DNA of 44,852 nucleotides, taken from contig NIVC01004471.1 in assembly GCA_002269645.1 (NCBI GenBank), forward strand, positions 1 to 44,852, in the 5' to 3' direction. The stretch is from Macrostomum lignano. Lineage: Eukaryota. Both the position numbers and the translations under genes were made by a program. Of the stretch, positions 27,360 through 40,047 are shown one piece after another. The notes under the pieces were generated by a model, which was not told the DNA's origin, searched no databases, and saw only the letters and a program-made list of their open reading frames with translations. The stretch's first letter is position 1. Each line of letters starts with the position of its first letter.

Positions 27360-30300
27360 GTCAGGCAGACAGACAGACAGGCAGACAGACAGACAGACAG
27401 ACAGACAGGCAGACAGACAGACAGGCAGACAGACAGTAGCAAGCTGATTCCCGTACCGAATCCGGCAGCGAGGATGACCCGGCCATCGTCCAGAGTACAC
27501 TGGGCGGCGTCGGCCCGGCCAATCAGCAGGTTGGCACACTCGGACCATTGCTCTGCGTGTGGGGTGTTAAAGAAAGATTAGCTTTTCAATGTGGGAACTG
27601 CAACTCGCATAGAGTGGCCGATACAAGCAGAGCCTCGTAGGTTGAGTTGGATTGGGGCGATTCTCAGGTGGGATTGGGGCGATTCTCACGGTTGGATTGG
27701 GGCGATTCTCAGGTGGGATTGGGGCGATTCTCAGGGTTGGATTGGGGCAATTCCTAATGTTAGATTGGGGCGACTCTCAGGTGGGATTAGGGCGATTCTC
27801 AGGTGGGATTGGGGCGATTCTCACGGTTGGATTGGGGCGATTCTCAGTGCTGGATTGGGGCGATTCTCAGGTGGGATTGGGGCGATTCTCAGGTGGGATT
27901 GGAGCGATTCTCACGGTTGGATTGGGGCGATTCTCAGTGCTGGATTGGGGCGATTCTCAGGTGGGATTGGGGTGATTCTCAGGTGGGATTGGAGCGATTC
28001 TCAGGTAGGATTGGGGCGATTCTCAGTGCTGGATTGGGGCGATTCTCAGGTGGGATTAAGGCGATTCGCAGGGTTGGATTGGGCCGACTCGCAGGGTTGG
28101 ATTGGGCCGATTCGCAGGGTTGGACTGGGCCGATTCGCAGGGTTGGATTGGGCTGATTCGCAGGGTTGGATTGGGCCGATTCGCAGGGTTGGATTGAGGC
28201 GATTCGCAGGGTTGGATTGGGCCGACTCGCAGGGTTGGATTGGGCCGATTCTCACGGTTGGATTGGGCCGATTCGCAGGGTTGGATTGGGCCGATTCTCA
28301 CGGTTGGATTGGGCCGATTCGCAGGGTTGGATTGGGCCGATTCGCAGGGTTGGATTGGGCCGACTCGCAGGGTTGGATTGGGCCGATTCTCACGGTTGGA
28401 TTAGGCCGATTCGCAGGGTTGTATTGGGCCGATTCTCACGGTTGGATTGGGCCGATTCTCACGGTTGGATTGGGCCGATTCGCAGGGTTGGATTGGGCCG
28501 ATTCTCACGGTTGGATTGGGCCGATTCGCAGGGTTGGATTGGGCCGATTCTCACGTTTGGATTGGGCAGATTCTCACGGTTGGATTGGGCCGATTCGCAG
28601 GGTTGGATTGGGCCGACTCGCAGGGTTGGATTGGGCCGATTCGCAGGGTTGGATTGGGCCGATTCTCAGGGTTGGATTGGGCCGATTCGCAGGGTTGGAT
28701 TAGGCCGATTCGCAGGGTTGGATTGGGCCGACTCGCAGGGTTGGATTGGGCCGATTCTCACGGTTGAATTGGGCCGATTCGCAGGGTTGGATTGGGGCGA
28801 TTCGCAGGGTTGGATTGGGGCGATTCGCAGGGTTGGATTGGGGCGATTCGCAGGGTTGGATTGGGCCGATTCGCAGGGTTGGATTGGGCCGATTCTCAGG
28901 GTTGGATTGGGCCGATTCGCAGGGTTGGATTGGGCCGATTCGCAGGGTTGGATTGGGCCGATTCTCACGGTTGGATTGGGCCGATTCGCAGGGTTGGATT
29001 GGGCCGATTCGCAGGGTTGGATTGGGCCGATTCGCAGAGTTGGATTGGGCCGATTCTCACGGTTGGATTGGGCCGATTCGCAGGGTTGGATTAGGCCGAT
29101 TCGCAGGGTTGGATTGGGCCGATTCTCACGGTTGGATTGGGGCGATTCGCAGGGTTGGATTGGGCCGATTCGCAGGGTTGGATTGGGCCGATTCGCAGGG
29201 TTGGATTGGGCCGACTCGCAGGGTTGGATCGGCAACAATAGCAATCTAACAGCTGCTCACCAGTGTCCAAATCGAACGAATGGCACAGGCAGGAGAAGCC
29301 GCTGGCCAGATTGCCGGGGTCCAGGCCGCCCATGCAGAGGACCCGGCGGCCAGTGCGGGCATAGATGGGGAACACGCGGCCGTGGCTGGGCAGTTCGGGC
29401 AGTGGGCGCCATTTGCAGGCGCGGAAGTCGAATACTTCGCAACCGGCTACAGGGGTTCGACCCTCTCGACCGCCTGGCAGTGTTCGAAGCAACCAATTAG
29501 CAACTAGTTGAGTTTAACAGATAGAATAGAGTATGGGATAATGAGAAAGGAGAGACAGCTGGGAAGGGTGAGGGACAGTTGTAGCTAAAACGAGTAGAAA
29601 ATCCGGGCGCTGGCAGAGCAAGCCTGAGATGGGATTTCCTTAACAATAAATTAGAGAAAGATTTGCTCTTCGACACTAGCATCATACTTGTTAGGCTAAA
29701 GGATCAACTTGAGCCTCTGTGGTAGTGCACTAATGTCTGAGGCCTGTCAGTTATACTACTACATGTATGCAGATATAAGGCACGTCAGCGTCTTCAAATG
29801 GCACACAGATAAATTGGTATGCAAATTACGGGATTAAGATCAAGGAAAGTGCACGAGTGTGCAACAAGAGACTGAAACGGCTGGGAAACAGTCAGTCAAA
29901 TTTAGCTATTCAAACATTTATTTTCCCGTTGCCTAGCTATTTGCTTCAACAAAGATTCTAAGTGACAATCGATTGGCTGATTTCTATATTTTTAGAGTTT
30001 CAATTCCCAGCTACCAAATATGGCAAATTGTCAAAGAAGCGATACAATATGCCGGGAATAATTTTAGATGCAATCACCGCTGTCTTTTTTACTAACAAAG
30101 CAGCAGCGCGATGCTGGATATAATTCAAACAGTAGGAAAGGACTGTTTAAATAAGACGAATCGGCGCTCATCGCGATAAGGGTCAAATGCGATGCGTGCT
30201 GGAGTCGATGACTAGCTGGAGCGTGCTGAGCAAGATTCAGCAAGGTAGCCAATGACAATATCGGACCAATACAAGGCCAGGAGAAGCCAATGCCAGCCTG

Positions 30301-33300
30301 AAGGGTTCCGCATCGCGAAGCAGCCAGCCTCCTCTATCCCCCTCATTATAAGTGAAGCAACGTCCAGGAAACCAGGAGGAATTTTTGCTGACGCAGACAT
30401 ACCTTCAATATCGTTGGCATTGAGGCTCAATAAAACAGTAAATCTCAAGCTCCAAATTTACTTCGTTAGGCAATAAAGGTAAGTTTCGATAACTTCAGTG
30501 ATATTGTCCTGTAAGTCGTGACAGTGCGTGCCGCAGCACAGGAAGGAAAAGTTTCAGGGCGATAACTCAGTTCCAAGAATCAATACGGGTCGAAGGCAAA
30601 AATATCATATGATCTAGTCTGTCTTTATCTCAATTCGATTCGGACTCGAAAAACTCACTTTTAAGATACTCAAGCTAGGAAGGAAAGTCACTTGTCCTGA
30701 GTTTCCCTCACTGGCACGGTCGTTGAGAGCTAAAAGTATTACTTCTGCACACTACAGACTGCTGCAAGGATTTTAATGAGATCTTAACACTCCACAGTCA
30801 GAGTTTACGAGGGTCACTCCGAAAGTTTTTAGAACGGAACGGTTATAATGCTAATAACAAAACAAAACTCTAAAATTTTCAAAGTAACTCCCTCCAGTAG
30901 CGATGCACTTCTCCATTTGGCGAAACCATTGCTCAAAAGCGTGTGAGAAGGCCGAACTTGGCAGGTGTCAATTGCATGCATGTAAGCTTGCAGGGCTGCC
31001 TCTGGGGTCTCAAATCGCTGGCCCTGAATCTGCTGTTTGACTGTCGGAAACAGGAAAAAGTCGCAGGGGGCCAGGTCAGGCGAGTAGGGTGGGTGGGAGA
31101 CCAGCTTGACTCCATTTTGCTCCAGGAAGGCAGAAGTCAAGCGTGCAGTGTGGGTGCTGGCGTTGTCCTAGTGCAGCTGGAGGCCTCGGGTTCGTGTTTT
31201 GTCGCCTCTGGAACCAAGCGCTGATGACCTGAGGAAGGCAATGGCTGGTGTACCATGCCGCAGTCACCGTGCGATGATCCTCCAGGGGCACCGACACCAG
31301 ATGGCCGGAGGCGGTGATAAAGGAGGCGACTATCTTCTTTGCGACTGTAACTCGTCGTAGGTTATTTGCCTGTTCTAGTTTACCAGTCGCTCAGCTTTAT
31401 TGATGTTGTGCTGGGTTACAGCTGTCGAGGGCCGACCGCTGCGACCTTCAACACTCAGGCAGGTGCGCTGCGAACGAAACTCGCGAAACCAGTTAAACAA
31501 ATAAACAAGACACACGAATGAGCCACAAGAAAGTACTCAAAGAAATACATGTACAAGCAACAGATTATAATGTTTTAGAAAAGCGAGCAGTTGTGAACCA
31601 GTTTTTTTAAAAACTCTTACTACCCACAGATGCCGTCCCAACGCAGCATTCCCAATTTGCTCGCGCTGGCAGCCGCTACATCGCTGCTACTGCTGGCAAT
31701 CAGTAGCCAAACTGGCATCGTCACTGCCGCCGCAGTGTCCGAGCCGCAGAACTCCGGAGTGCGCAACGTAGCCCGAGATCGGTACGACGATTTGGCTAAC
31801 CGGCTGGCGGCTTCCGTGCTACTGAGCGAGGAGGAGCCGCAGCTGATGCAGTCAGGAAACACGGACGAGAACTACCCGGTTCCTGAAGTTGGCTTCAAGC
31901 TCCTTCGCCAGCATCGGCAGCAAGGAGGAGTCGGACGGCAGCAGCAGAAGAAGTGGTACGAGTGGGGCAAGTGAGCCATGAAAGCGCAACAGCTTTTATC
32001 GAATCGACCCCGAGAGCCGGCCATATTTCGATCTACTAATATCCGACTGATTCCTATTATAAACTGATAACAGTGACAATGAAAGTAAAAATCGACTGCG
32101 GCTTTAAGTGCGCTTGCGTTACCGTTTGCAATACCGTTAATAACAACAGTTTCTATCATTAAACGCCATGGACAACTCAAGTAAAACAAAATAATCATTG
32201 CAATTTTGAAAAAGGCGGACTAAATGGCCGTTTTCAGCGTAAGCCTATAAATTATTTGTTTTAAAATCCAGGTGCAGATCATAGATTGAGAAGAGCCCAG
32301 TATCAAGTCGTATTGCAATCTTACTGTAAATTAGACTCGAACTGTCTAGAGTGCTTCTAGTCACGACAACAAATAGTCAGCCAGGCGGAAGTGAGAGCAT
32401 CTCACTTCATCTTCATCTGACTAGGATGTTTCGAGCATAGCATCAACTCCAAGCCGATGCTGATCTATGCAAATATGAGCTGTCAAAACGATATACGAAT
32501 ACTTGGTGAATGGTGCAGTCCACAATAGCACAGGACCAGAGCAACTTTCACTTTCTGTCGTCATTTCACTCCAACGCACTCGAAAGCTGAAAGTGAGCTT
32601 AACGATAAAATCGCAAGGAACCCCAGTGGCGCAATATGGCACTATAAGGGTTGGGGCTGGCACTGTAGAATGCCCGCGGATTCTATGAACTGTGGGGGAG
32701 AGGACTGGATATGCGCGCATAACACTGGGCATAAGCGCGCTGTGCCAACAGCAGCTAGATTAAGTGCGCAAGTTGTACATCTTTTTGCATGATCCAGAAT
32801 AAGAGTGCAACGAATGTGTTCGACTTTGGAATGAGCGCACAGGCTATTCTGTTTGATTTTTGACCATTTCAATTCTTAATAATTTTACTTTTCTGAGTAG
32901 CTCTTTAACAAAAGTTCGATTGCTAGCTACTCCGTCTAAAATATAGATAACTTATAAACATCTAGCCTCTCTCATCATAGAGGGGGTGGTTCCACCCCCT
33001 CTGTACCAGATTGCAAACACGTTTCTGATAGGTTGATCTTTTTCTGGGGCTATATTTGTAAAGAAGAGCTACAGAAGACGGCCGCCGAGGCTCAAAACTG
33101 TTCATCAAATATGGCTATAGATAGCAAGAGTGGTAGCAAAATAGGATTCCGAGCTACTGCAAGAACTGCCCAGATCGCATTCTGCAACGTCACCCTCACT
33201 CATCCCATGCCCCATCCATAATTATTAGCAGCTGCATTTATAATCACAATTAAAAAGCCAGATGTTTACAGCGCCTATGCGCTAATGACATATTAGGCCA

Positions 33301-36300
33301 ATATGAGTTGTTTTCAAAAGCGGCTAGGGCTTTAAAGTCACAAAGCAACCAGCCGCGTTTAAGCAACAAACTAAACTAAAAAACGTAACTATGTAGCAGC
33401 AGCAGCATTGGCGGCACGCTTGAGCTCCCATCAACTGCATGAAAAGCTACTCAAATAAAAAGCAACTAGCTTTATCCCAAATTGCCATCTTTGATTTAGG
33501 GCTCCCGTTTTAGAACTGGCAGTTTTGGCAAACAATAGCAGCACAAATGCTTGAGGAGAGTTGCTCGTTGCAACACAAAGGAGAATCGGCATTGATCTGC
33601 CATCTGATTCCCGACAAGCCTATCTTCGCATCATGGATCCTTCTTCGTTTCAGTTATGAATTTTTTATAGCACAGATAATGCGCGCTTGAATCATTTAGG
33701 AATCATTTTAATTTAGGATCGCTCTGGCATCCAGCAGCAACCCCATTTTACCCAGGCTATTCCAGTATTGTTAGTCGCGAATTCTGCTGGCTTTTATTAT
33801 GACAACCAGTGATGATTGCAATTTTTAAGCAACAATTATTTTACGATTTGAATAAAAAAAACAATTTAACTGTGTCTTGCTGTAAAGTAGCTTTATATAT
33901 CTTAGAACAAAATTTGATTGCTTTCAAAGCAGCTTTGCACATACTTCATCTATCAGCAAGTTTGACACTTCGCCGTGTAAAGCGGAGCTGTTCGATTCAC
34001 CAAGATCCAGACACGGCGGGCATTGTTGCCTCAGAGACTTGGGAGAAGCTTTCAGTCTCACCCGCCTCTCCCCCTTTTTCCTCTCTTTCAACGCGACGCT
34101 GGTACAGTTTGTCTATCGCAAACAACCGCATAATGCCGCCGCTGCGTGCGGGATACGGCGTGAAGGAGAGCTAAAAAACTCCAGCTAATGTATATCGATA
34201 TGAGCTGCCAACGGGTTTTAGGGAAATAAGTTGTGCGATTAGTCTCATGTCTCATGCAACTACACCAGTATATACCAATTAGAATATGTGTGAATGTCAT
34301 TTTTACCGTTTTTCTACTTTGCAGCACATTTAGGCAGTCAGAAGATGCCGTCAAGTCTCATCGTCAACTCTCAACAAGATAATGTCAAGTCACAATAAGA
34401 TAACGTAAAGTCTCAATAAGATACCATCAAGTCTCAACAAAATACCGTCAAGTCTTAGCCGGATGCCATTAAGTCTCAGCAAGATACCGTCAAGTCTCTA
34501 AAAGACATTATCAAACTCTATAAGACATCGTCAGATTTACGAGTATAAATACACGGGGGGGGGTAACATAAGGACACCCCAGATCCTGGTGTTTTTTCGT
34601 AAAATTCTTATGCCATTCGCAAGATCAATATGGCATTGACAGAATCTATATTTTTATTATTTAACGATATCTTACCAACATTCCTTTCAAGCACTACTTT
34701 TAAGGACAATAATAACAATGAAATTGACATTTGAAAAAAGAATCCTGAAAAACTAAATTTTGTTGTAACGCCAACAAAATCACCAATCTATTTCAATATT
34801 CGACCATGTCATCGCAAGATTATGACACAAAAACCGAAGGTCAGATCTAGAAGACACAACCAAGTCTCTAAAAGACTTCACCACTTTTCTTAATACACAG
34901 CACGCAATATTTTTAGTCATTCTCGTATTCCCTCCAAATGCATTGGAACATCTACAAGAAAACTCAACTAGGAAACTCAAACGCGCGATGCCGATTTAAC
35001 TTGAGTCTGGACAGTTTCACAGTGTCGAATAACGCAATTTCCTTGCTAAGTGATCGAGATTCGAGATCGGGTTTTAATCAGAGCCTTCTTTTTCCTCTAA
35101 AAAACAACCCCCCGAGTTGTCAACGCATGCGTGGGGGTCAGTTAAGTTCAAGGCTAAGGTCAATTTTAAGTGTCTCGCAGTTTATACTGTTGTCTGAAGT
35201 TTCTTTGCGATTAGCTAAATTTTCAGACTGCTACAAACATACCAAGTTAACTTGCACGCCTTGGCGTAAGATTCCAAATCTAACACTTTGGAAGCGGTAC
35301 AAAAACAGTTGAAAAAAAACTAATCAGTTATCAGTCTGCGATAGCGCAGTCATTTTCAACCCCAACTTAGTTCCTTTTTTAATTGCAGCTAGTTCGTCCT
35401 AGAGGCAGCGCGTGTGCTGCAGGGCTTGTGTGCAAAGCGCAGTTTGCGTACACTTGTACACATACACAAGCAAGTCTTCAAGGCTGAGAGACAAAACTGT
35501 GCATTTAAAGGTAAGCAAGAAGTTAACGAATCGGCCAAAAGCAAAAAAGAACGCGCACATACAAGGACGTTGCATAAACTATGAATCACCTACTCAGGTA
35601 AGTTTTAGAGAATTTCGACTGGGAAAAATTCCGATACAGCTGCATCTGTCAAAAAAGAAAGACAAGACTTCACTCCGGGCTGTCTGCTTTCTGTTGAGCG
35701 GCATTCCGGCACTCAAGAATGCTCAACGCAGGAGAGAGGTACTCAGCTGGCCCAGCGGAGAGGAAATAGCATTCGCCGAATTCTCTTTAACGCCTTATAA
35801 TAAATAGAGGCTTCAAGCAGCAAGCAACACTTGCGGCTGAATGCCTAACAGAATAGGATCGATAGCTAAAGCGATGCCATTGGCAATTACACTGTCAAGA
35901 CAATCCTTACAATCGTCGTATCCTTTAGATAGTGCTTGACAGATGACAGACAATAGAATGACAAGTAGCTAAGTACTAGTTAACTTAAACATTTAACTGA
36001 ATGAGACTATGGAACCCTATTGTTGGAAGTATATTGTCAATATAGCGTTTGAAATGCAGCAAAAATATAAGTAACTTAAATTTAATTCTGAGATGCTTTA
36101 AAAGTGCTGACACTGGTGTCTTGACAAACTTTATACGACCCATTTCAACCATCCTTTCGGTTACATCGCAAGCCTCCAGTATAAGCTCAAACCTTCTGCT
36201 TCATAGCAAGCGATCCAGTACATTCTCAAACCTGCTTCATAACAAGCCTGCAGTATAATCTCAAACCCTATTTTATTCTATCGTAAACTTCTTTTCGTTC

Positions 36301-39300
36301 TTTTCAACTTTTCAGCCAAGGACTTCTACTTCTACTGCTGATACCATTGGCTTCAGCGGCCGCCCTGAAAGAAAGCCGCAGCAGCACAAAGCCGCCGCTA
36401 CTACTGATTTCATTGGACGGCTTTCGGCACGACTATCTGACACTATTCGCTAATGAGACGCCAAATATGAATAGACTGGCGCAAATAGAAGGCGCCTACG
36501 CGGCCAGGGTTAAGCCGGCCTACATGACCAAAACAGCGGCCAACCATTGGACCATGGTTACTGGCCAACACCAAGAGGTTCACGGCGTAGTCAACAATCA
36601 GATGTTCGACCCGGTTTTCAATGAAACAGTCGACATGTTTAATACTGACGACGAGCGTTGGTGGAACGCATCCGAGCCAATTTGGCTGACAGCGGAAGCG
36701 AGCGGCCTGCGCGCTGGTGTGTACAGGTGGCCCGGCGGTCACGTGGCCATTGGTGGCCGACTGCCAACCTACTTGACGCCGCGGACAGAAAAGCGGGGTG
36801 ACAAAGTTGCGCAATCACCGGAGCTCAGCGCCGGGCTTGACAGGGTGCTGGACTGGCTGACTAACGGCCAGGCCAGACTGGTGGTGGCGTATCACGACGA
36901 GCCAGACTTCACCGCGCACGGCCAAGGACCAGGCGCTGTGGGACCCGTGCTGGCGGAGATCGACGCGGCGATCGGACGGTTTCTCAGACAGCTGCAGGAG
37001 CGCGGCATGCAACAGCGGGTCAATGTGATCATCACGTCTGATCACGGTAAGCTTCGTTTGGATTGCTTTTTAGTCTTGACCTTTAGTATCTGGGAGGGCG
37101 GCAGTGGCCCAGCAACTGAGGATCTGGGAGGGCGGCGGTGGCCCAGCAACTGGAGATCTGCGAGGTGGCCCTGTAACTGACACTCTGGGAGGCTGGCCCA
37201 GCAACTGAGGATCTGGGAGGGTGGCCCTGTAACTGACACTCTGGGAGGCTGGCCCAGCAACTGAGGATCTGGGAGGGTGGCCCTGTAACTGACACTCTGG
37301 GAGGCTGGCCCAGCAACTGAGGATCTGGAGGGTGGCCCAGCAACTGAGGATCTGGGAGGGTGGCCCTGGCCCAGCAACTGGGGATCTGGGAGGCTGGCCC
37401 AGCAACTGGGGATCTGGGAGGCTGGCCCAGCAACTAGGGATCTGGGAGGGTGGCCCAGCAACTGACGATCCGGGAGGGTGGCCCAGCAACTGAGGATTTG
37501 CTTTAAACAAAGCCTCAAAACTCCCGCAGGCATGCTGCCAGTGAATCACAACAACACGATCCGAGTGAACGGCAGGAAGCACCCAGCTACCAGAGCAGTG
37601 CTGCAGATGGGCGTCGCCCTAGGCCTATTCGCCAAGCCGAACAGATCGATGGAGCTGTACTCGGCCATGCTAGAAGACATTGGAAAGAGCGGCAAGAGCA
37701 AGATGGCAAATGTTGTGCACCGTCGGGAACTGCCAGATCACTTGCACTATAAGAGGCACAGACGAATACCGGATATACTTATAATGCCAGTCAAAGGCTA
37801 TCAAATCGCCGACAATAATGACACAGTCTGGAAGCTGGGCATGCACGGCGGAGAGCCGGACTGGGACGAGATGCAGGTGCCTCTGCTGGCCATTGGTCCG
37901 GCATTTGTCAAAGGCGCCCGAACGGATAGCACAGCCGAGCAGACAGATATCTATGGCCTAGCCTGCCGGCTGATAGGGTTGCCAGCCAGACCGCACAATG
38001 GCAGCGACAATGGGCCGCTGAGCAGTCTGCTGCACAATGACGGAAATCTAGCTCAAGCTGAGCTGCCGCTGCTGCTGCCACTGTTGCTAACCGTTTGGAA
38101 ATTAATGCTCAACATTTCGTAACCATCTTAAACATTACTATTTTAACTAATTTTGCATTAATATTTAAATTTGGCATAACAAACTCAAGCATGGAAGAAA
38201 TGATTTTGTCGACATCTAATAATAATGAGTACACGATTGATTCAGAATATCACTACTGTTAGACCCTGATGCAGTTTGGGTCCAAATCTGAAACTGACAG
38301 AGCTGTGGAAATCTCATCCCATGTGATGCAAAAGAAAATCTTACTCTAAGGTAGCTACAGAAGTCTCACCTTCCGTGAGATAGCATTGGAAATCTCACCG
38401 TGTAAGATTACAATGAACATCTCACCGTTAGATAACAATGGACATCTCACCGTGAGATTACAATGGACATCTCACCGTGAGATTACAATGGACATCTCCC
38501 CATGAGATAACAATGGACATCTCACCATGAGATAGCAATGGAAATCTCATTCATGAGACAGCAGTAAAAATCTCACCCCCTGAGATAGCAGTGGAAATCG
38601 CACCCCTGAGATAGCAGTGAAGGTCTAACCCCTGAAATAGCAGTGGAAATCTCATCCCTGAGATAGCTATGGAAATCTCACCCCTGAGATAGCCATGGAA
38701 ATCTCACCCCTGTGACAGCAGTAGAAATTTCACCCTGAGATAGCAGTGGAAATCTCACCCCTGAAATAGCAGTGGAAATCTCACCCCTGAGGTCGCAGTG
38801 GAAATCTCATCCCTGAAATAGCAGTGAAAACCTCATCTCTGAGATAGCAGTGAAAATTTCACCCCTGAGATAGCAAAGGAAATCTCACCGAACAGATAAA
38901 GCGATTCCTCAACCAGGAAGCAGCCGGGCGAATACCTTTTAACACTCATTGGCGGCAAGTTGCCAACCTTTTTACGCTCCGGATCGAAACAATAAAACTC
39001 GTTCCTAGTCGAAGTGGCCGTTTCCATGCCGCCTGCGATGAAAAATTTGCCGCCGCGACTCGCTACGGAGCAGCTCTTGACGGCGACGGGCAGCCGGCCC
39101 AGCTCCAGCCACTGCTGCGACTCAACGTCCAGTGCGTCAATAGTGGCCACACCGGATTGGCCTGGGCCGGAGCCGCCGAAGGCGTACACCCGCTTGTCTG
39201 CGTTAAATTTGGATTGAAGAGATTGCTAATTACAACCGCAAACCAATTAGCGAACAATATTTACCCAACCAATGAACCAATCAGAGACAGACAAGCCTAG

Positions 39301-39934
39301 CAATTCTACGTTCAAACCAATCAGACGCCAGTGTTTCATTCCAACCAATCAGAGACTGACAAGAAGCCAGTGTGTCATTCCAACCAATCAGAGACTGACA
39401 AGAAGCCAGTGTTTCATTCCAACCAATCAGAGACTGACAGTGACAAGAAGCCAGTGTGTCATTCCAACCAATCAGAGACTGACAAGAAGTCAGTGTTTCA
39501 TTCCAACCAATCAGAGACTGACAAGAAGCCAGTGTTTGATTTCAACCAATCAGAGACTGACAAGAAGCCAGTGTTTGATTTCAACCAATCAGACACGATC
39601 TAGTAAGCCCTAAGCCAATCGGATTAAAACTAAGAACCCTTTATTTCGGCTCACCCAAAGTCGCAAGCTGCACGCCAGCCCTGGGTGTTGGCAGGCTGGG
39701 CGCTGCGCTCCAGGACCCGGCAATATCGCCATCGCCGCTGCCAAGTCGAATACTTTCGCAGGAGTCAATCGGCTGACCAGTCTGGGTGCAGCCGCCGATC
39801 ACGAACAGGGTATCGTCCAGTTTAGCCATCGTTGGGAACACGTGCTGCTGCTGCAGCGGCGGCAGGCTGTGCCAACAGCTGGTGCTCAAGGATGCCGCCG
39901 ACTCTTTGTCGGCTCCTGATGCCGGAGACGTCAT
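26788..39934 (-). CDS. KLHDC8: Kelch domain-containing protein 8-like (about 364 aa, 5 exons, 9.4-kb intron 2)
   Basis: Exons 39934-39655, 39197-38889, 29473-29261, 27552-27457, 26984-26788; all phase-1 GT-AG. The splice across the long intron rebuilds LYLFG|GREGRTPVAGCEVFD. Segments resemble recalled KLHDC8A/B motifs (LFVIGGCTQTGQPID, LPTPRAG, RLYLAGGIAEGSLSQAV). Kelch repeats only, no BTB. Confidence 0.88.
27090..27436. repeat. (CAGA)n microsatellite
   Basis: Fills KLHDC8 intron 4. Confidence 0.96.
27640..29230. repeat. 23-bp minisatellite (GGGTTGGATTGGGCCGATTCGCA and variants), about 70 copies
   Basis: Fills KLHDC8 intron 3; same family as 15556-16132. Confidence 0.96.
30806..31370 (-). 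mobile_element. Mariner (D,D34D) transposon 3' remnant with one TIR
   Basis: ..VPLEDHRTVTAAWY..LH*DNASTH..HPPYSPDLAPCDFFLFP..GQRF, with 34 residues between the last two Asp. TA|CGAGGGTCACTCCGAAAGTT terminus at 30806. Stop codon and frameshifts present. Confidence 0.93.
31630..31974 (+). CDS. Putative neuropeptide precursor (C-terminal KK-WYEW-GK, predicted WYEWamide), nested antisense in the KLHDC8 intron
   Basis: Single GC-rich ORF in AT-rich DNA: hydrophobic signal peptide, acidic spacer, dibasic KK, and amidation signal GK immediately before the stop. Confidence 0.8.
   Translation: MPSQRSIPNLLALAAATSLLLLAISSQTGIVTAAAVSEPQNSGVRNVARDRYDDLANRLAASVLLSEEEPQLMQSGNTDENYPVPEVGFKLLRQHRQQGGVGRQQQKKWYEWGK
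34340..34535. repeat. Diverged ~22-bp repeat (AAGATACCGTCAAGTCTC..)
   Basis: About eight imperfect copies. Confidence 0.7.
35581..38122 (+). CDS. ENPP4/5: Ectonucleotide pyrophosphatase/phosphodiesterase ENPP4/5-like (about 446 aa), nested antisense in the KLHDC8 intron
   Basis: Exons 35581-35597 (MNHLL, phase 2), 36316-37046 and 37530-38122. Signal peptide MNHLLSQGLLLLLLIPLASA; LLLISLDGFRHDY, catalytic-Thr motif TKTAANH, WWNASEPIW, DEPDFTAH, ITSDHG|M, HGG. Hydrophobic C-terminal tail (GPI signal or TM). Confidence 0.92.
37090..37497. repeat. 28-bp minisatellite (GGCCCAGCAACTGAGGATCTGGGAGG..) in ENPP intron 2
   Basis: Reverse complement of the 1846-2387 family. Confidence 0.93.
38350..38888 (-). 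repeat. About 26-bp minisatellite (GGGGTGAGATTTCCACTGCTATCTCA on -) starting at the KLHDC8 intron-2 donor
   Basis: About 20 copies, increasingly diverged away from the exon. Confidence 0.9.
39280..39600. repeat. 39-bp minisatellite (CCAATCAGAGACTGACAAGAAGCCAGTGTTTCATTCCAA)
   Basis: About eight copies in KLHDC8 intron 1. Confidence 0.93.
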
Positions 39935-40047
39935 GTTTGATAAAAAAAAATTTCGTAGCCCTTTAAATTTATTGGGCTAAGGCAGGCACAGCTGGAATTA
40001 ATTGCAAAACAATTATACAGTTAAGAAAAAACTAAGTTTACTGTCTG

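Noticed and set aside
30064-30476. Short ORFs in the KLHDC8 intron
   Set aside because: No domain similarity or consistent exon boundaries.
32421-32872. Moderately GC-rich patch with W/C-rich frames
   Set aside because: All frames are interrupted by stops; no family could be assigned.
33809-34354. ORFs around a GC-rich patch
   Set aside because: No identifiable product; possibly a decayed repeat.
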